This document shows, in pieces, positions 42,012-56,819 of a stretch of DNA of 64,000 bases. A program made the translations under genes and the position numbers. Origin of the DNA: the human T2T-CHM13v2.0 reference genome, Homo sapiens; the NCBI RefSeq assembly GCF_009914755.1, contig NC_060947.1; one strand, given 5' to 3'. The notes under the pieces are model-generated. The model saw nothing but the letters and a program-made list of their open reading frames with translations. It searched no databases and was not told where the DNA came from. The stretch's first letter is position 1. Each line of letters starts with the position of its first letter.

Positions 42012-42319
42012 TTTTTTTTTTTTTTTTTTTTTTGAGACGGAGTCTCGCTCTGTCGCCCAGGCTGGAGTGCAGTGGCATGAACTCGGCTCACTGCAAGGTC
42101 TGCCTCCCAGGTTCACGCCATTCTCCTGCCTTAGCCTCCTGAGTAGCTGGGACTACAGGCGCCTGCCATCACGCCAAGCTAATTTTTTTTTTGTATTTTT
42201 TAGTAGAGATGGGGTTTCACCATGTTAGCCAGGATGGTCTCGATCTCCTGACCTCATGATCCGCCCGTCTCGGCCTCCGAAAGTGCTGGGATTACAGGCG
42301 TGAGCCACTGCGCCCGGCC
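42012..42319 (-). mobile_element. AluY
   Basis: 22-nt T tail; ttcacgccattc and gttagccaggatgg diagnostics. Confidence 0.95.
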
Positions 42320-42704
42320 ACTTTTTGTAACTAAATGAGGCCTTCTTCAATTTTGTTGTAAGCAAATAATTGGAAATCCCTCAAATTGCAAAATGCTTTG
42401 ATACCTAGTCACTGGTGGAATTAATTTCCTTAACATAAGCAGTGATTTTGCAAACTGTTGAATTGTTAAACCTATAGGTATTAAACCACTGGACAACTCT
42501 AATATAATTAGTCAAAGGGAAGGCTTTCTTTTATAAAATAGGAAAATAGTGAAGGTGAAGAGGAAGTGGGAACCAAGATGATGCCTTCACCCTGTGAAAG
42601 GTGTATGCTCACTTTTACTCATACAAATCCATTTTGGGACAGACAACACATGGTATTTCAGGATACGGTAATTGCTTTGCTTTAAAATTATCTATACCCT
42701 TATA

Positions 42705-43925
42705 TCTTTTTGAGTGTCTTCAGGTAGCCAAGAGGTTGCAGGCAGTGGAATTGGCTGTTGTTTTTCATCCCTGTGAGCAGGGTTATTCTGTCATGAGTTG
42801 CTGTAATGGCCTGAGGTAGCTGGCCTCCAACCAGGAGGTGGTGCTTTCAAGAGAGCACCAGCCACAATGGTAGCAGAAGGATCTAAGCTTGCCCTAAGTT
42901 GGCCAGGGAAAGTATTCTGGTTTCTCAGGTGGTGGGTGGGGTCATAAAGTTCCCAGGAGTTTATGTCTTTTGTGTTTGGCTACCAGGGCGGGTAGAGAAA
43001 TACCATCGGCTGGGGGCAGGTTTAGGTGGGTCTGGGCTCAGACTCTCCTTGGGAAGGGCTTGCTATGGCCACTGTGAAGGATGGGGATGTGGTTCTCAGG
43101 CCAATGGGGTTATGCTCTGGAGATTATTATGGCTGCCTCTGCTGTGTTATATAATTTGCCAGAGAAGTCCAGGATGGCTGGTAGCAAAAAACTTCACTCA
43201 GCTTCCACGCGGTTGGCAAGGTGGTCTTGTTCCCACAGTGCCCTGCTCAGATCTTGCCCCAAGCTATCAGCTTCCCTGTTGAGAAAGCAAGCTTGCCTTT
43301 CAGGCCTCCCCCTATCTCATCTACCCGCAGTATTTGCTGTGTCTCCCTGTACTCGTATCTGCATCAGTTCTCATTTGCCCCCTGGATTCTGCTCAAGAAA
43401 ATTTGTGCCCAGTTGAAATTATTACGAATTTAGTTCGAAGCGTCTTTCACACTGTGACCCCTCCCTAATCCTGCTGGCTGCCTTCCCCAAGGGCCTCTGT
43501 GAGATATAGTCTGGGATGGCTTCCCTGGGAACGAGCTGGAGACTGGAAGTGCCTACAAGTCTCTTCTTGCTTCTGTTTCTACTTTTGTATTTTGTGCAAC
43601 TCCCTGAATCTGTTTCAGCTATAGGTAAGGTTAAATCCTTTTCCCATGATCTGGATTTTCAGATTCCCTAGTGGGGATATGTGTTTGAAGGTAGGCTTTC
43701 TCCCTTTCACACTTTGGGAACTCACAGTTTTTCACTTGTCTCATAGAATTTGCAATAGTGTGCCACTTCTTTAAAAGGACCTGTAAATTATTTCAGTTTT
43801 CTGGTACATTTCTGTGATGGTTCTTGGAGCAAAAGTTCATGGTGTGAGTCTCTACACACTGTTCTGTCTATCTAAGTGGTAGCTGCATGTTAGCCCTGTC
43901 TTCTATCTGCCATCTTTGCTAGATT
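42705..43925 (-). mobile_element. Isolated L1 5'UTR (L1PB/L1M1-like)
   Basis: GC-richer L1 5'UTR-type sequence ending in YY1 box gccatcttt (43909-43917). Confidence 0.7.
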
Positions 43926-43929
43926 CACC

Positions 43930-46405
43930 TGTATTATCTTTTTGATTTGTTGTTGGCTTCACGTTAGTGGTATTTTGTTGGATATTTTTGCATCTATGTT
44001 TATTAGGGTTATTAGCCTATAGTTTTTGGTTTCTTGCATCCTTACTTGGCTTTTATATCAAAGAAATTATGGCCTGGTACAATGGATTAAGAACATTTTC
44101 CACCTATTCAGTTTCTTGAAACACTTTGAGAAAAAAAAAAATGGTTTTCGTTCTTTTTTATGAGTTTGGTAGAATTCAGCTGTAAATCTGTCTGTCCCTA
44201 GGCTTTTCATTGTTTGGAGCTTTTTTATTACTGATTCAGTCTTATTAGTCACTATTGGTTTGCTCAGGTTTTCTAATTATTCACAGTTCAGTCATGGTAG
44301 ACTATATGTTTCTGGGAATGTATATATTTTCTCTGGATTTTATCTAACTTTAACACATAGTCATTTATAATTTTTAAATTTTTTAAATGTAGGATCTGTT
44401 AAAATATCTCCTTTATATATGTAATTTTATTTATTTGGACGTTTTCTTTTTTCTTTTTTTATGGTTAAGCTATCTAGTATTCTAGCAATTTTGTGAATCA
44501 TTTCAAAAAAACAAAGTTTTGTTCCATTGATCTTTTGTATTGTTCTTTGTCCCTATTTTGTTTAGTTTTGCTCTGACCTTTATTATTGAATTCCTACTAA
44601 TTTTGATTTTGGTTTGTTCTTACTTTTCTATTTTCTTGAGTTTTATTTGTAATATTTCTACTTTTATGATGTAGGCATTTATATAAACTTTTCTCTTGCC
44701 ACTGCTTTTGCTCTATTTCATAGGTTTTGGTATATTATATTTCCATTATTATTTATTTCAAGAAATTTAAAAATTTTCTTCTTAATTTCTTTATGAATAC
44801 AATGGTCATTTAAGATCTGGTTATTTAATTTCATGCAGGTTCCAATGTACCTCTTATTTTTGATTTCTAGTTTTATTCTTTTGTGGTCTAAGGTACATGA
44901 CATGATTTCAATTAAAAAAAAATCCTGAGACTTATTTTGTGTTCTACCATGTGATCTATCCTAAAGAATGTTCCATGTGCTGATGAGAAGAATGTGTACC
45001 TTGCAGCTGTTGTATAAAATGTTCTGTAAATATTTGTTGAGTTCATATACTCCAAAATGCAATTTAATGTTTTTTGGTCATTTATTTTTGTCTAGATCTA
45101 GATGATATGTCATATGCTGAGATTGGGATGTTGAAGTGTCCCTCTATTTTCATATTGGAGTTTCCTCTCACATTTGATCTAATAAAAGTTGCTTTATATA
45201 TTTGGGTGTTCTGGTGTTCAGTGAATATATATTTACAATCATTATATACTCTTGCTGAAGTGATCCCTTTATCGTTATATAGTAACCACCTTTGTCTCTG
45301 TTTATCATTTTTTACTTTAAATCTGTTTTATTTTATGTTAGTGTGGCTACTCTTGCACACATTGGATTTCTGTTTGTGAGGGCTGTCTTTTTCCAATCTT
45401 TTACGTTTATTCTGTGTCTTTACAGATGAAGTGGCTTGCTTGTAGACATCATATACTTCAGTCATGTTTTTGTAATCTATTCAGCCAATGTGTGTCTTTT
45501 AGGTGGGAAATTTAATCCATTTACATTCACTATTATTATTGATAGGTAAGAATTTATAATTATCATTGTGTTGATTGTTTTCTGGTTGTTTTGAATGTCC
45601 TTTATTTCTTTCTCTATTCAATAAGGAATAATCGTTTCTCTATTATTGTTTATAGTTATGTTTGTTGGCTTTCTGTAATGGTAACTTTTCAATTCTTTCT
45701 TGTTTTCATTTGTGCATCTGCTTTACCAGTGAGTTTTATATTTTCATGTGTTTTCATTATGGTGGATATTGCCCTTTTACTTCCAGGTTTAGGGCTCTTA
45801 AAGCATATTTTAGCACCAGTCTAGTGGTGATGAGCTTCCTCATTTTTTGCTAGTCTGGGAGAGACTATACATATCCTTCCATTTTAAGGACATCTTTGCT
45901 AGGTATATTATACTTGGCTGACACTTTTTCTTTCAGCACTTTAAATATATTACACATTCTCTCCTGGCCTGTAAGACTTCTGCTGAGAAATCTGCTCATG
46001 GTCTAATATGGATTCCCTTATATGTGACTTGTTTCTTATGTCTTGTAGCTTTTAGAATCCTCTCATTGTCTTTGAATTTTGGCATTTTGATTTTAATTTG
46101 CTTTGGAGAAAACTTTACTGAGATGAATCTATTTAGAGATTTTGAGCTTCCTGTGGAGAGTTGCAATGTTTTTGCTATTCTCTTGATGAAATAATTTTCT
46201 ATGCCTTTGCCCATCTTTTTCCCTGGAATTTCTAAAACTAATATTTGGTTGCTTTATGTTTTTTTATATGTCTCATAGGCTTTTTTTATCTTTTTAATTT
46301 ATTATTCTTTCTTCTTTTTCTGACAGTTATTTCAAAATACCTATCTTTAATTTCAGAAATCCTTTATACTGCTAGATGTATTCTATTACTGAAGTACTCA
46401 ATTAC
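43930..46405 (-). mobile_element. Old L1 ORF2 N-half and ORF1 (outer element, left part)
   Basis: Peptides KSLGTDRFTAEFYQT (ORF2) and ERILKATRHKKQVTYKGIHIR (ORF1). Confidence 0.85.
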
Positions 46406-49109
46406 GTTTTTTTTTATTGTTAATTCTTGTGTGTACATAGTATGTGTATGTATTTATGAGGTCCATTAGATGTTTTGATACAGGCATGCAACATAATCAC
46501 ATTGTAAAGAATGGAGTATCCATCCACTCAAGCATGTATTCTTTGTGTTACAAACAATCCAATAACATTCTATTATTTTAAAATGTACAATTAAGTTATT
46601 TTAAATGTACAATGAAGTTATTATTTACTGTAGTCACCCTGCTGGGCTAGCAAACAGTAAGTCTTATCCATTTTTTCTACTTTTTGTATCAATTAACTTT
46701 CCCCACCTCCCCCTCAACCCCCCAGTACCCTTTCCAGCCTCTTATAATCATCCTTCGATTCTCTATGTCCAGAGTTCAATTGTTTTGATTTTTAGATTCC
46801 ACAAATAAGTGAGAACATTCAATGTTTCTCTTTATGTGCCTGGCTTATTTCACTTAACATAATGATCTCCACTGCAATCCATGTTGTTGCAAATGACAGG
46901 ATATCATTCTTTTTATCATTGAATAGTACTCCATTGTGTATATGTACCATATTTTCTTTATCCACTCGTCTGTTGATGGATATTTAGGTTGATTCCAAAT
47001 ATTAGATATTGTGAACAGTGCTGCAGTAAACAAGGGAGGGCAAATATCTCTGTAATATAGTGATTTTCTTTCTTTTGGGTATATACCCAGCAGTGGGACT
47101 GCTTAATCATACTGGTATCTCAATTTTTGGTTTTTGGAGGAACCTCCAAACTGTTCTCCATAGTGATTTTACTTATGTACATTCCTGTCAACAGTAGACA
47201 GGGGCTCCCTTTTCTCCACATCCTCACTATCATTTGTTACTGCCTTTCTTTGGATATAAGCCATTTTAACTGGGGTGAGATGATATCTCATTATAGTTTT
47301 GATTTGCATTTCTCTGATGATTTATGATGTTGAGCACCTTTTCATATGCCCATTTGTCATTTGTATGTCTTCGAGAAGTATCTATTCAAATATTTTGCCC
47401 ATATTTTGATCAGATTATTTGATTTTTTTCAATAGAGTTGTTTGAGCTTATTGCATATTCTGGTTAATAATCCCTTGTCAGACAGTAAATTTGCAAACAT
47501 TCTCTCTCATTCTCTGGAATGTCTCTTCACTTTGTTGATTTTTTATTTGTTTACAGAAGCTTTTTAACTTGATGTGATCCCATTTGTCGTTTCTACTTTC
47601 CTTGCCCTTACTTGTAGGTTATTGCTAAAAAAAAATTGACCAGACCAATGTCCTGGAGATTTTCCTCAAAGCTTCCTTCTAGTAGTTTCATAGTTTGAGA
47701 TCTTAGATTTAAATCTCTAATCCCTTTTCGTATGATTTTATATATGGCAAAGGGGGTCTAGTTTCATTCCTTTGCTCATGGATTTCTAATTTCCAAGCAC
47801 CATTAATTGAATAGACTGTGTTTTTCCCAGTGTATGCTCTTGGAACCTTTGTCAGAAATGAGTTCACTGTAGGTGTGTGGATTTGTTTCTGGGTTTTCTA
47901 TTTTGCTGTATTGGTCTGTGTGTTTTTATGAGAGTAACACCCTGTTTTGGTTGCTATAACTCTATAGTACAATTTGAAGTAAGGTAATGTGATTTTTCAG
48001 TTTTCTGCTTTTTGTTTAGGATAGCTTTGGCTATTGTGTGTCTTTTGTGCTTTCATGTAAATTTTAGGATTTTTTTTCTTTTTCTGTGAAGAATATCCTT
48101 AGTATTTTGATAGGGATTGCATTTAGTCTGTAGATGGCTTTTGGTAGTATGGACATTTTAACAGTATTAATTCTTGAAATCAATGAACATGAAATATCTT
48201 CATTTTTATGTGTCCTCTTCAAGGTATTTCATCAGTGTTTTACAGTTTTTATTATAGAGGTCTTTGACTTCCTTGGTTAAGTTAATTGTTAGGTATTTAA
48301 TTTTATTTAATTTTATGTGTAGCTATCGTAAATGAGATTACCTTTTAATGTCTTTTTCAGATTGTTCACTCTTGACATATAGAAATGCTACTGATTTTTG
48401 TATGTTGATTTTGTATCTTGTAACTTTACTGAATTTATCAGTTCTAATAGTATTTTTGTGTAGTCTTTAGTTTTTTTCAAATATAAGATCATATCGTCTG
48501 CAAACAAGGATACTTTGACTTTTTCCTTTTCAATTTGGATGCCCTTTATTTCTTTTTTTTTGTCTGATTACACTAGCCAGGACTTCTAGCTATGTTGAAT
48601 AACAGTGGTGAAAGTGGGCATCCTTGATATGTTCCCAATTGTAGAGAAAAAATTTTTATATTTTCCCTATTTAGTATAATACTAGTAGTGAGTCTGTTGT
48701 ATTTAGCTTTTATTAAGTTGACATATGTTCATTCTATAAGCAGTTTTTTGAGAAGTTTTATTCTGAAGGGACATTGAATTTGTTTTGTACTTTTAGATAA
48801 TTTCTCCCTGCTCATTAACATCCTTTTTTCTGATTGAAATACTACCGTTAGCATTTCTTGTAGGATAGGTCTGGTATTGATGAAATTCCTTAGCTGTTGT
48901 TTGTATGGGAAAGTCTTTATTTCTCCTTCATGTTTGAACAATGTTATCAGCAGATATACCATTTGAAACTAAGTACTTTTTTTCTTTAACACTTTAAATA
49001 TATCATGCCACTCTCTCCTGACCTGTAAAGTTTCCATTAAAAAGTCTGCTGCCAGATGTATTAGAGCTTCATTGTATGATATTTATATATTTTATCTTGC
49101 TACATTTAG

Positions 49110-49448
<339 letters not shown>

Positions 49449-49535
49449 TGATTATTAAAGGCCTTGAGGTAGTCTTCTTTGGGTTAAATCTGCTTGGTGT
49501 TCTATAACCTTTTTGTACTTAAATATTTATATCTT

Positions 49536-49670
49536 CTGTGCAGCACACCAACATGGCACATGTATATATATGTAACAAGCCTGCACGCTGTGCACATGTA
49601 CCCTAAAACTTAAAGTATAATAATAATAATAATAAAAATAAAGCTTCTGCTTCAGTGCAGCTAAAAAAAA
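49536..49670 (+). mobile_element. Extremely truncated L1PA 3' end with short extra 3' segment
   Basis: gtgcagcacaccaacatggcacatg...gtaccctaaaacttaaagtataataa; 15-bp TSD aaatatttatatctt. Confidence 0.92.
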
Positions 49671-52269
49671 TATTTATATCTTTCTTTAGGTTTGTTCTCT
49701 TTTATTATCCCTTTGAATGAAGTTTCTACTGCTGTCTTTTTCTCTACTCTCTCTTTAAGGCCAATAACTTTTAGATTTACCATTTCAATGCTATTTTCTA
49801 GATCCTATAGGTGTGCTTCATTGTTTTTTATTCCTTTTCCTTTTGTCTCCTCTGAGTGTATTTTCAATTAGCCCATCTTCTAGCTCACTAATACTTTCTT
49901 CTGCTTGATCTATACTGCTCTTAAAGGACTCTGATGCATTCTTCGGTATGCCAGTTGCATACTGTATGCCATTTTTCAGCTCCAGAATTTCTGCTTATTT
50001 TTAATTACTCCAATCTCTTTGTTAAATTTTTCTGATAGAATTCTTAATTCCTTCTCTCTGTTATCTTAAGTGTCTTTGAGTTTCCTCAACACAGCTATTT
50101 TGAATTCTCTTTCTGAAAGGTCTCATATCTCTGTTTCTCCATTACTGGTCCCTGGTGTCTTATTTTGTTCATTTTGTGAAGTCATGTATTCCTGGATGAT
50201 GTTGATGATAGTAGATGTTCTTCTGTGTCTAGGCATTGAAGGGTTAAGTATTTGTTGTAGTTTTTACTTTCTGGGCTTATTTGTAGCCATTATTCTTAGG
50301 AAGTCTTTTTAGATATTTAAAATGACTTGGGTGTTGTGATCTAAGCTGTATCTGCTTTAGGGAGTACCCTATGTCCAGTACCAGTGTGGTTCTTGCAGAC
50401 TTGTAAAGGTACTGCCTTTATGGTCTTGGACAAGATCCAGGAGAATTCTCTGGTTTACCTGGCAGAGACATGTATTCTCTTCCCTTACTTTTTCCAAAAC
50501 AAATGGAGTTTCTCTCTCTCTGAGCTGAACTACCTAAAGCTGGATGAAGTGATACAAGCACCCCTGTGGCCACCAGCACTATGGCTGCACTGGATCAGAC
50601 CTGAAGCCAGCACAGTGCTTGGTCTCACCCAACGCCTGCTGTAACCATTTCCTGGCTACTGCCAATGTTCACTCAAGACTCTGGGGCTTTATAATCAGCA
50701 GGTATGAAAGCCAGCCAGGGCTATATCCATTTCTTCAGAGTGGCAAATTCCCTGAGGTCCCAGGTTGGTCCAGTGGTGCTGTTCGGTAGTCAAGGACTAG
50801 AGTCAAATCCTTAGAAATCTACTTCATGTTCTATTATACTCCAGCTAAGCTGGCACTGAAACTACAAGGCACAGTCCTTTCCACTCTCTTCACGTTTTTC
50901 CAAATGCAGAGGAGCCTCGCTCCGTAGTCACTGCCACCACAGGCAACAGGGAGTACTGCCAGACTAGCACCAATGTATTTTTAAAGCCCAAGGACTTGTA
51001 AGTCAGTTTCTGGTGAATGCTGCCTGGCCTGTTAGTCACTTTTCAGGGCAGTGAGCTCCCATCTGGCCCTGGACAGGTCCATAAATGCCATTTATGCCCC
51101 CTGTTCTGGGATTGGGGACCCCGAGAGCTCACTTGTTGCTCTACCATCCTGCAGCTGAGCTGGTACCTAAGGTTCAAGACCAAGTGCCCTTTACTTTTCC
51201 TTCTGTTTTTCTCAAGAAGAAGGAATTTTGCCCCATAGCCACCATAGCTGGTAGTGCACTGAGTCTCACCTGAAGCCATTATGTCTTAGAGGCTCATTCA
51301 AGGCCCTCAACATGGTACGTGGGTATCACTGCTGGTTATTCAGGGCCCAAGAGCTCTTTAGTTAACAAGCGATGTATACTGCTAGGAATGGGTTCTTCCC
51401 TTCAAGTCAGTGGATTCCCTTGTATCTCAGATGTTATCTAGAAATTTCTTCCAGTAGCTAGTGCCTGGAACAGGGGCTTCATTTCTCTTACTGGTGCCCT
51501 ATTATACTGTGGCTGAACTGGTATCCAAAATGCAAGACAAAGTCCATCCCAGTCTTTTCTCTCCTCTCAAATAGAGGGAAGGGGTGTCTTTTGTAGCTGT
51601 GAGCTGTGCTTCCTGGGGTTAGGGGAGGAGTCATGCCAGCACTTCCTTAGCCACCCCAGCTGGAGTCTCAGTAGGTTACAGGCCACCCCCAACCCCGTCA
51701 CCAACCAAGTTCACTGTCTCTTGGCCCAGTTCATCACTAGGACTTGCCTCAGCGTCGCAGTCCTTGTGGCCTCTCCTGTCTTTGAGGTTTACTTTTAGAC
51801 CCAGAGCACTTTAGCCCTCAGTGGTGAGCAAGGTATGTAAGAACTCAAATTTTCACCATTGGGATGGCAAGTCCCCTTCAGCTAGAAATGCTCCTTCCAT
51901 GGGCAAGAGTCAGCTGAGTTTGGTCTGGTTTTCCTTTCTGCTCTAACAGCACAGCTCTGAGTTCAATGCCTCACAATTACTATACTCTCTCTCCCCCAGT
52001 ACCCTGAGATGCTCTCCACACCATGCCAATCCTGCTGGGGGATAGGAAAGTAGTCATGTCAATGATTCAAAACTACTTTTTCTGTCTCCTCACTGCCTAT
52101 CCCAGTGATATGAAGTTAAAACCAGTACTCTGAGGACTCACCTGATTTTTGTTTCTTATGAAGTTATATATTTTTTTCTTTTCTGTATAAATAGTTGTAA
52201 AATTGGTGTCCTCACATGGGGGACTATCAATTGAGCATTCTATTCTGCCACTTTGCTTCCTCTCTCTCT

Positions 52270-54130
<1,861 letters not shown>

Positions 54131-54394
54131 CTATACTGTGTTTTATCTATTTAAAGGAAACAACAATAAACTGTTAAATTAACTGCAGCTTTTCTTATCA
54201 ATTTATTCTTGCTTATAAATCTACAATCATTTTTAATTAAAAAATCTTTTAAGGCTTTCATATGAATAGCTTTAAATTTATAATTCAATCAAAAGATAAT
54301 AGACAAGAAAAAACAGAATGTAGTGTGATCTTTTTACATTTTTTATACTAAGTATGCCATATGTATTTGAGAAGTACATAGCAAATATCTTACT

Positions 54395-54620
54395 AATAGA
54401 GCTGTTAAGATTATGGTTTGTGGGTTCTGTTAGCCAAAGTTGAAACCCCACTTGGGTATTCACTGATTATATGAACTTACTCAAATTACTTCTTAATGAA
54501 TATTTCTTTCTCCATCTGTAAAATAGTACCTGTCTCATAAGGTTTTTGTAAATAAGGCAGTCCATGTAATTTGTTATAATACTTGGTATGTAATTGATGT
54601 TCAGTAAATATTATTTGTTG
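54395..54620 (+). mobile_element. MIR
   Basis: ccatctgtaaaatagtacctgtctcataaggtt...tcagtaaatatta. Confidence 0.7.
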
Positions 54621-56459
54621 TAATTTTTAAACATATCATCCTTAGGATAAACTCCAAAATTGTAAGGCCTTGAGTATTCTGATCTCTACCTATCATTTAA
54701 TATATGGGAGTTTTATGTATTAGAAAAAGATCTAGATTTACATTGCAGAGATGAGAAAATTCAAACCATGTAGTGACTTAAAAATATTTTTTCTAAATTA
54801 TAAAATATAAGTTCAAAGGGACCAAAATCTGTGAGAAAAGAGTTTGAATAAATTTTGGTTTAGTTTCCTGACTAAAACATTAGACAAAACCACAAATTAT
54901 GGAAGAAATCCCCTTGAAAGTTACATTTAGGAGAGAAAATTTTCTGAACCTAGATTCATTTCAATGTTAAGGGACTTGTTTCTTGTTTCTAATATTACCT
55001 TGAGTGACATTTCTATCTAAAATTGACACTTATAATATCTAATTTTATTTGCTTCTAGGTGAGTTCTTGGATGAAGTGCATCCTTATAGCTTCTGGGGAC
55101 TAATCTCAAGTCATCTGAATTTATTAACAAATCCATGATCTGAGATAAATGACTCTCTAGATTCATGCTATAGTTATTTGATAAGTGTTGACTATCATTA
55201 ACCCAAAAAGCCACATTTTGGAGGAGCACAAACTTCTTGTAGAATTAATATGATATTAACATAAAATGCTTCATTTTATGGGGTCTGGTTCAGAAATGCA
55301 TTGCTCTCCCATCTCCGTGATCAAATTGGACCATAAGTTACATGCTGGGCTGCTTTTTGTTGCTTTGGGATGCTGGTACGCTATTATCTCACTGCTAATG
55401 GTAGCCTTAGTGGCTTCCCCCGGTGTTCCTTCCAAAGTTTCCAGGCCATTGTTTTAAAAATATGTTTTGGTCTTTTATAGCAAGTGGTTGTTAACATGTT
55501 GTTTGTATAATAGAGAGGAAGTGGAACTTCACAGTCTTTACTGGTGGAGAGCCATTTTCAGTTGCCGCTTTGCTTATTAACAAGAAAAGATCTTAATAGT
55601 TTCTGAGAAAATTCAGTCCCTTTTACTCAACTTACAATCTCTGTGGGGTTTATAGAGAATCTTTTACAGAGAATGAAAATCTGTGTTTAAAAGAATGTAA
55701 AGAGGTTATGTGTGGGATTATAAATGGTATTTAAGTACATATTAGGCATGCTTTCACATTTATGTTTATACAGAATTCAAAAAAATAGTGCATTCAGTTT
55801 GCTGTATCCCATTCAAATATTTATCCCTTCGTGATTAATTACAGTTACAGAAATGACTACATAGTTTAAAAGGTTAAAAATGAAGAAAGATTGTCCTACG
55901 GATTTTTGGTACTAGTTCTTTGCATGTCTGGTAGAATTTGGCTGTGACTTCATCATGCCCATAGCTCTTTTCTGGATGGTAGGGTTTTTTTATTAGTGTT
56001 TCAATTTTAGAACTTGTTATTGGTTGGTTCAGTGGTTCAGTTACTTTCTGGCTCAATAATGGGAGGTTGGGTGTTTCCAGGAGTTTACCCATTTCTTTTA
56101 GTTTTTGCAGTTTGTGTGCTTATAAGAGTTGATAATTGTTTGAGGATTTTTTTTTTTTTTTGCTATGGGGTTAATTATAATGTAGCTTTGTTGTTTCTGA
56201 TGTGCTTATTTGGATCTTCTTTTTTTTCCTTTGTTATTCAAGCTAGTAGTCTATTCTTATTTATTCTTTCAGAAAACAAATTTTGGTTTTATTGATTTTT
56301 TGTATTTTAATGTTTCAATTTTCAGTTCTTCTCGAATTTTGGTTATTTATTTTCTTCTGCTAGATTTTGGTTTACTCTTGTTTTTCTAGTTCCTCTGGGT
56401 GTGACATTAGGTTCTTAATTTGAGATCCTTCTATCTTCTTGATGTAGGTGTTTAGTGCT

Positions 56460-56819
56460 TGATATGGTTTGGCTGTGTCCTCATCCAAATCTCATCTTGA
56501 ATTGTAAATCCCGGGTGTTGAGGGAGAGATGTGGTGGGAAGTGATTTGATTATGGGGGCAGTTTCCCCTATGCTGTTCTTGTGATAATGAGCAAATATTC
56601 AGATATGATGGTTTTATAAATGGTAGTATTTTTCCGCACTCACACACACTTGTTCTCTCTCGCCTGCCACCGTGTAAGACGTGCCTCTTCCCCTTCTGCC
56701 ATGACTGTAAGTTTGGCCTCCCCAACCATGTGGAAGTGTGAGTCAATTAAACCTCTCTTCTTTATAAATTACCCAGCTTCAGGTATGTCTTGATAGCAGT
56801 GTGAAAATGGACTAATACG
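56460..56819 (+). mobile_element. THE1 (THE1D-like) MaLR solo LTR
   Basis: tgatatggtttggctgtgtcc ... attaaacctc ... ggactaatac; 5-bp TSD gtgct/gtact. Confidence 0.92.

Noticed and set aside
46575-46625. Small tandem duplications inside L1s (also ~1865-1897, ~28450-28528, ~48293-48316)
   Set aside because: Ordinary diverged slippage events in neutral repeats
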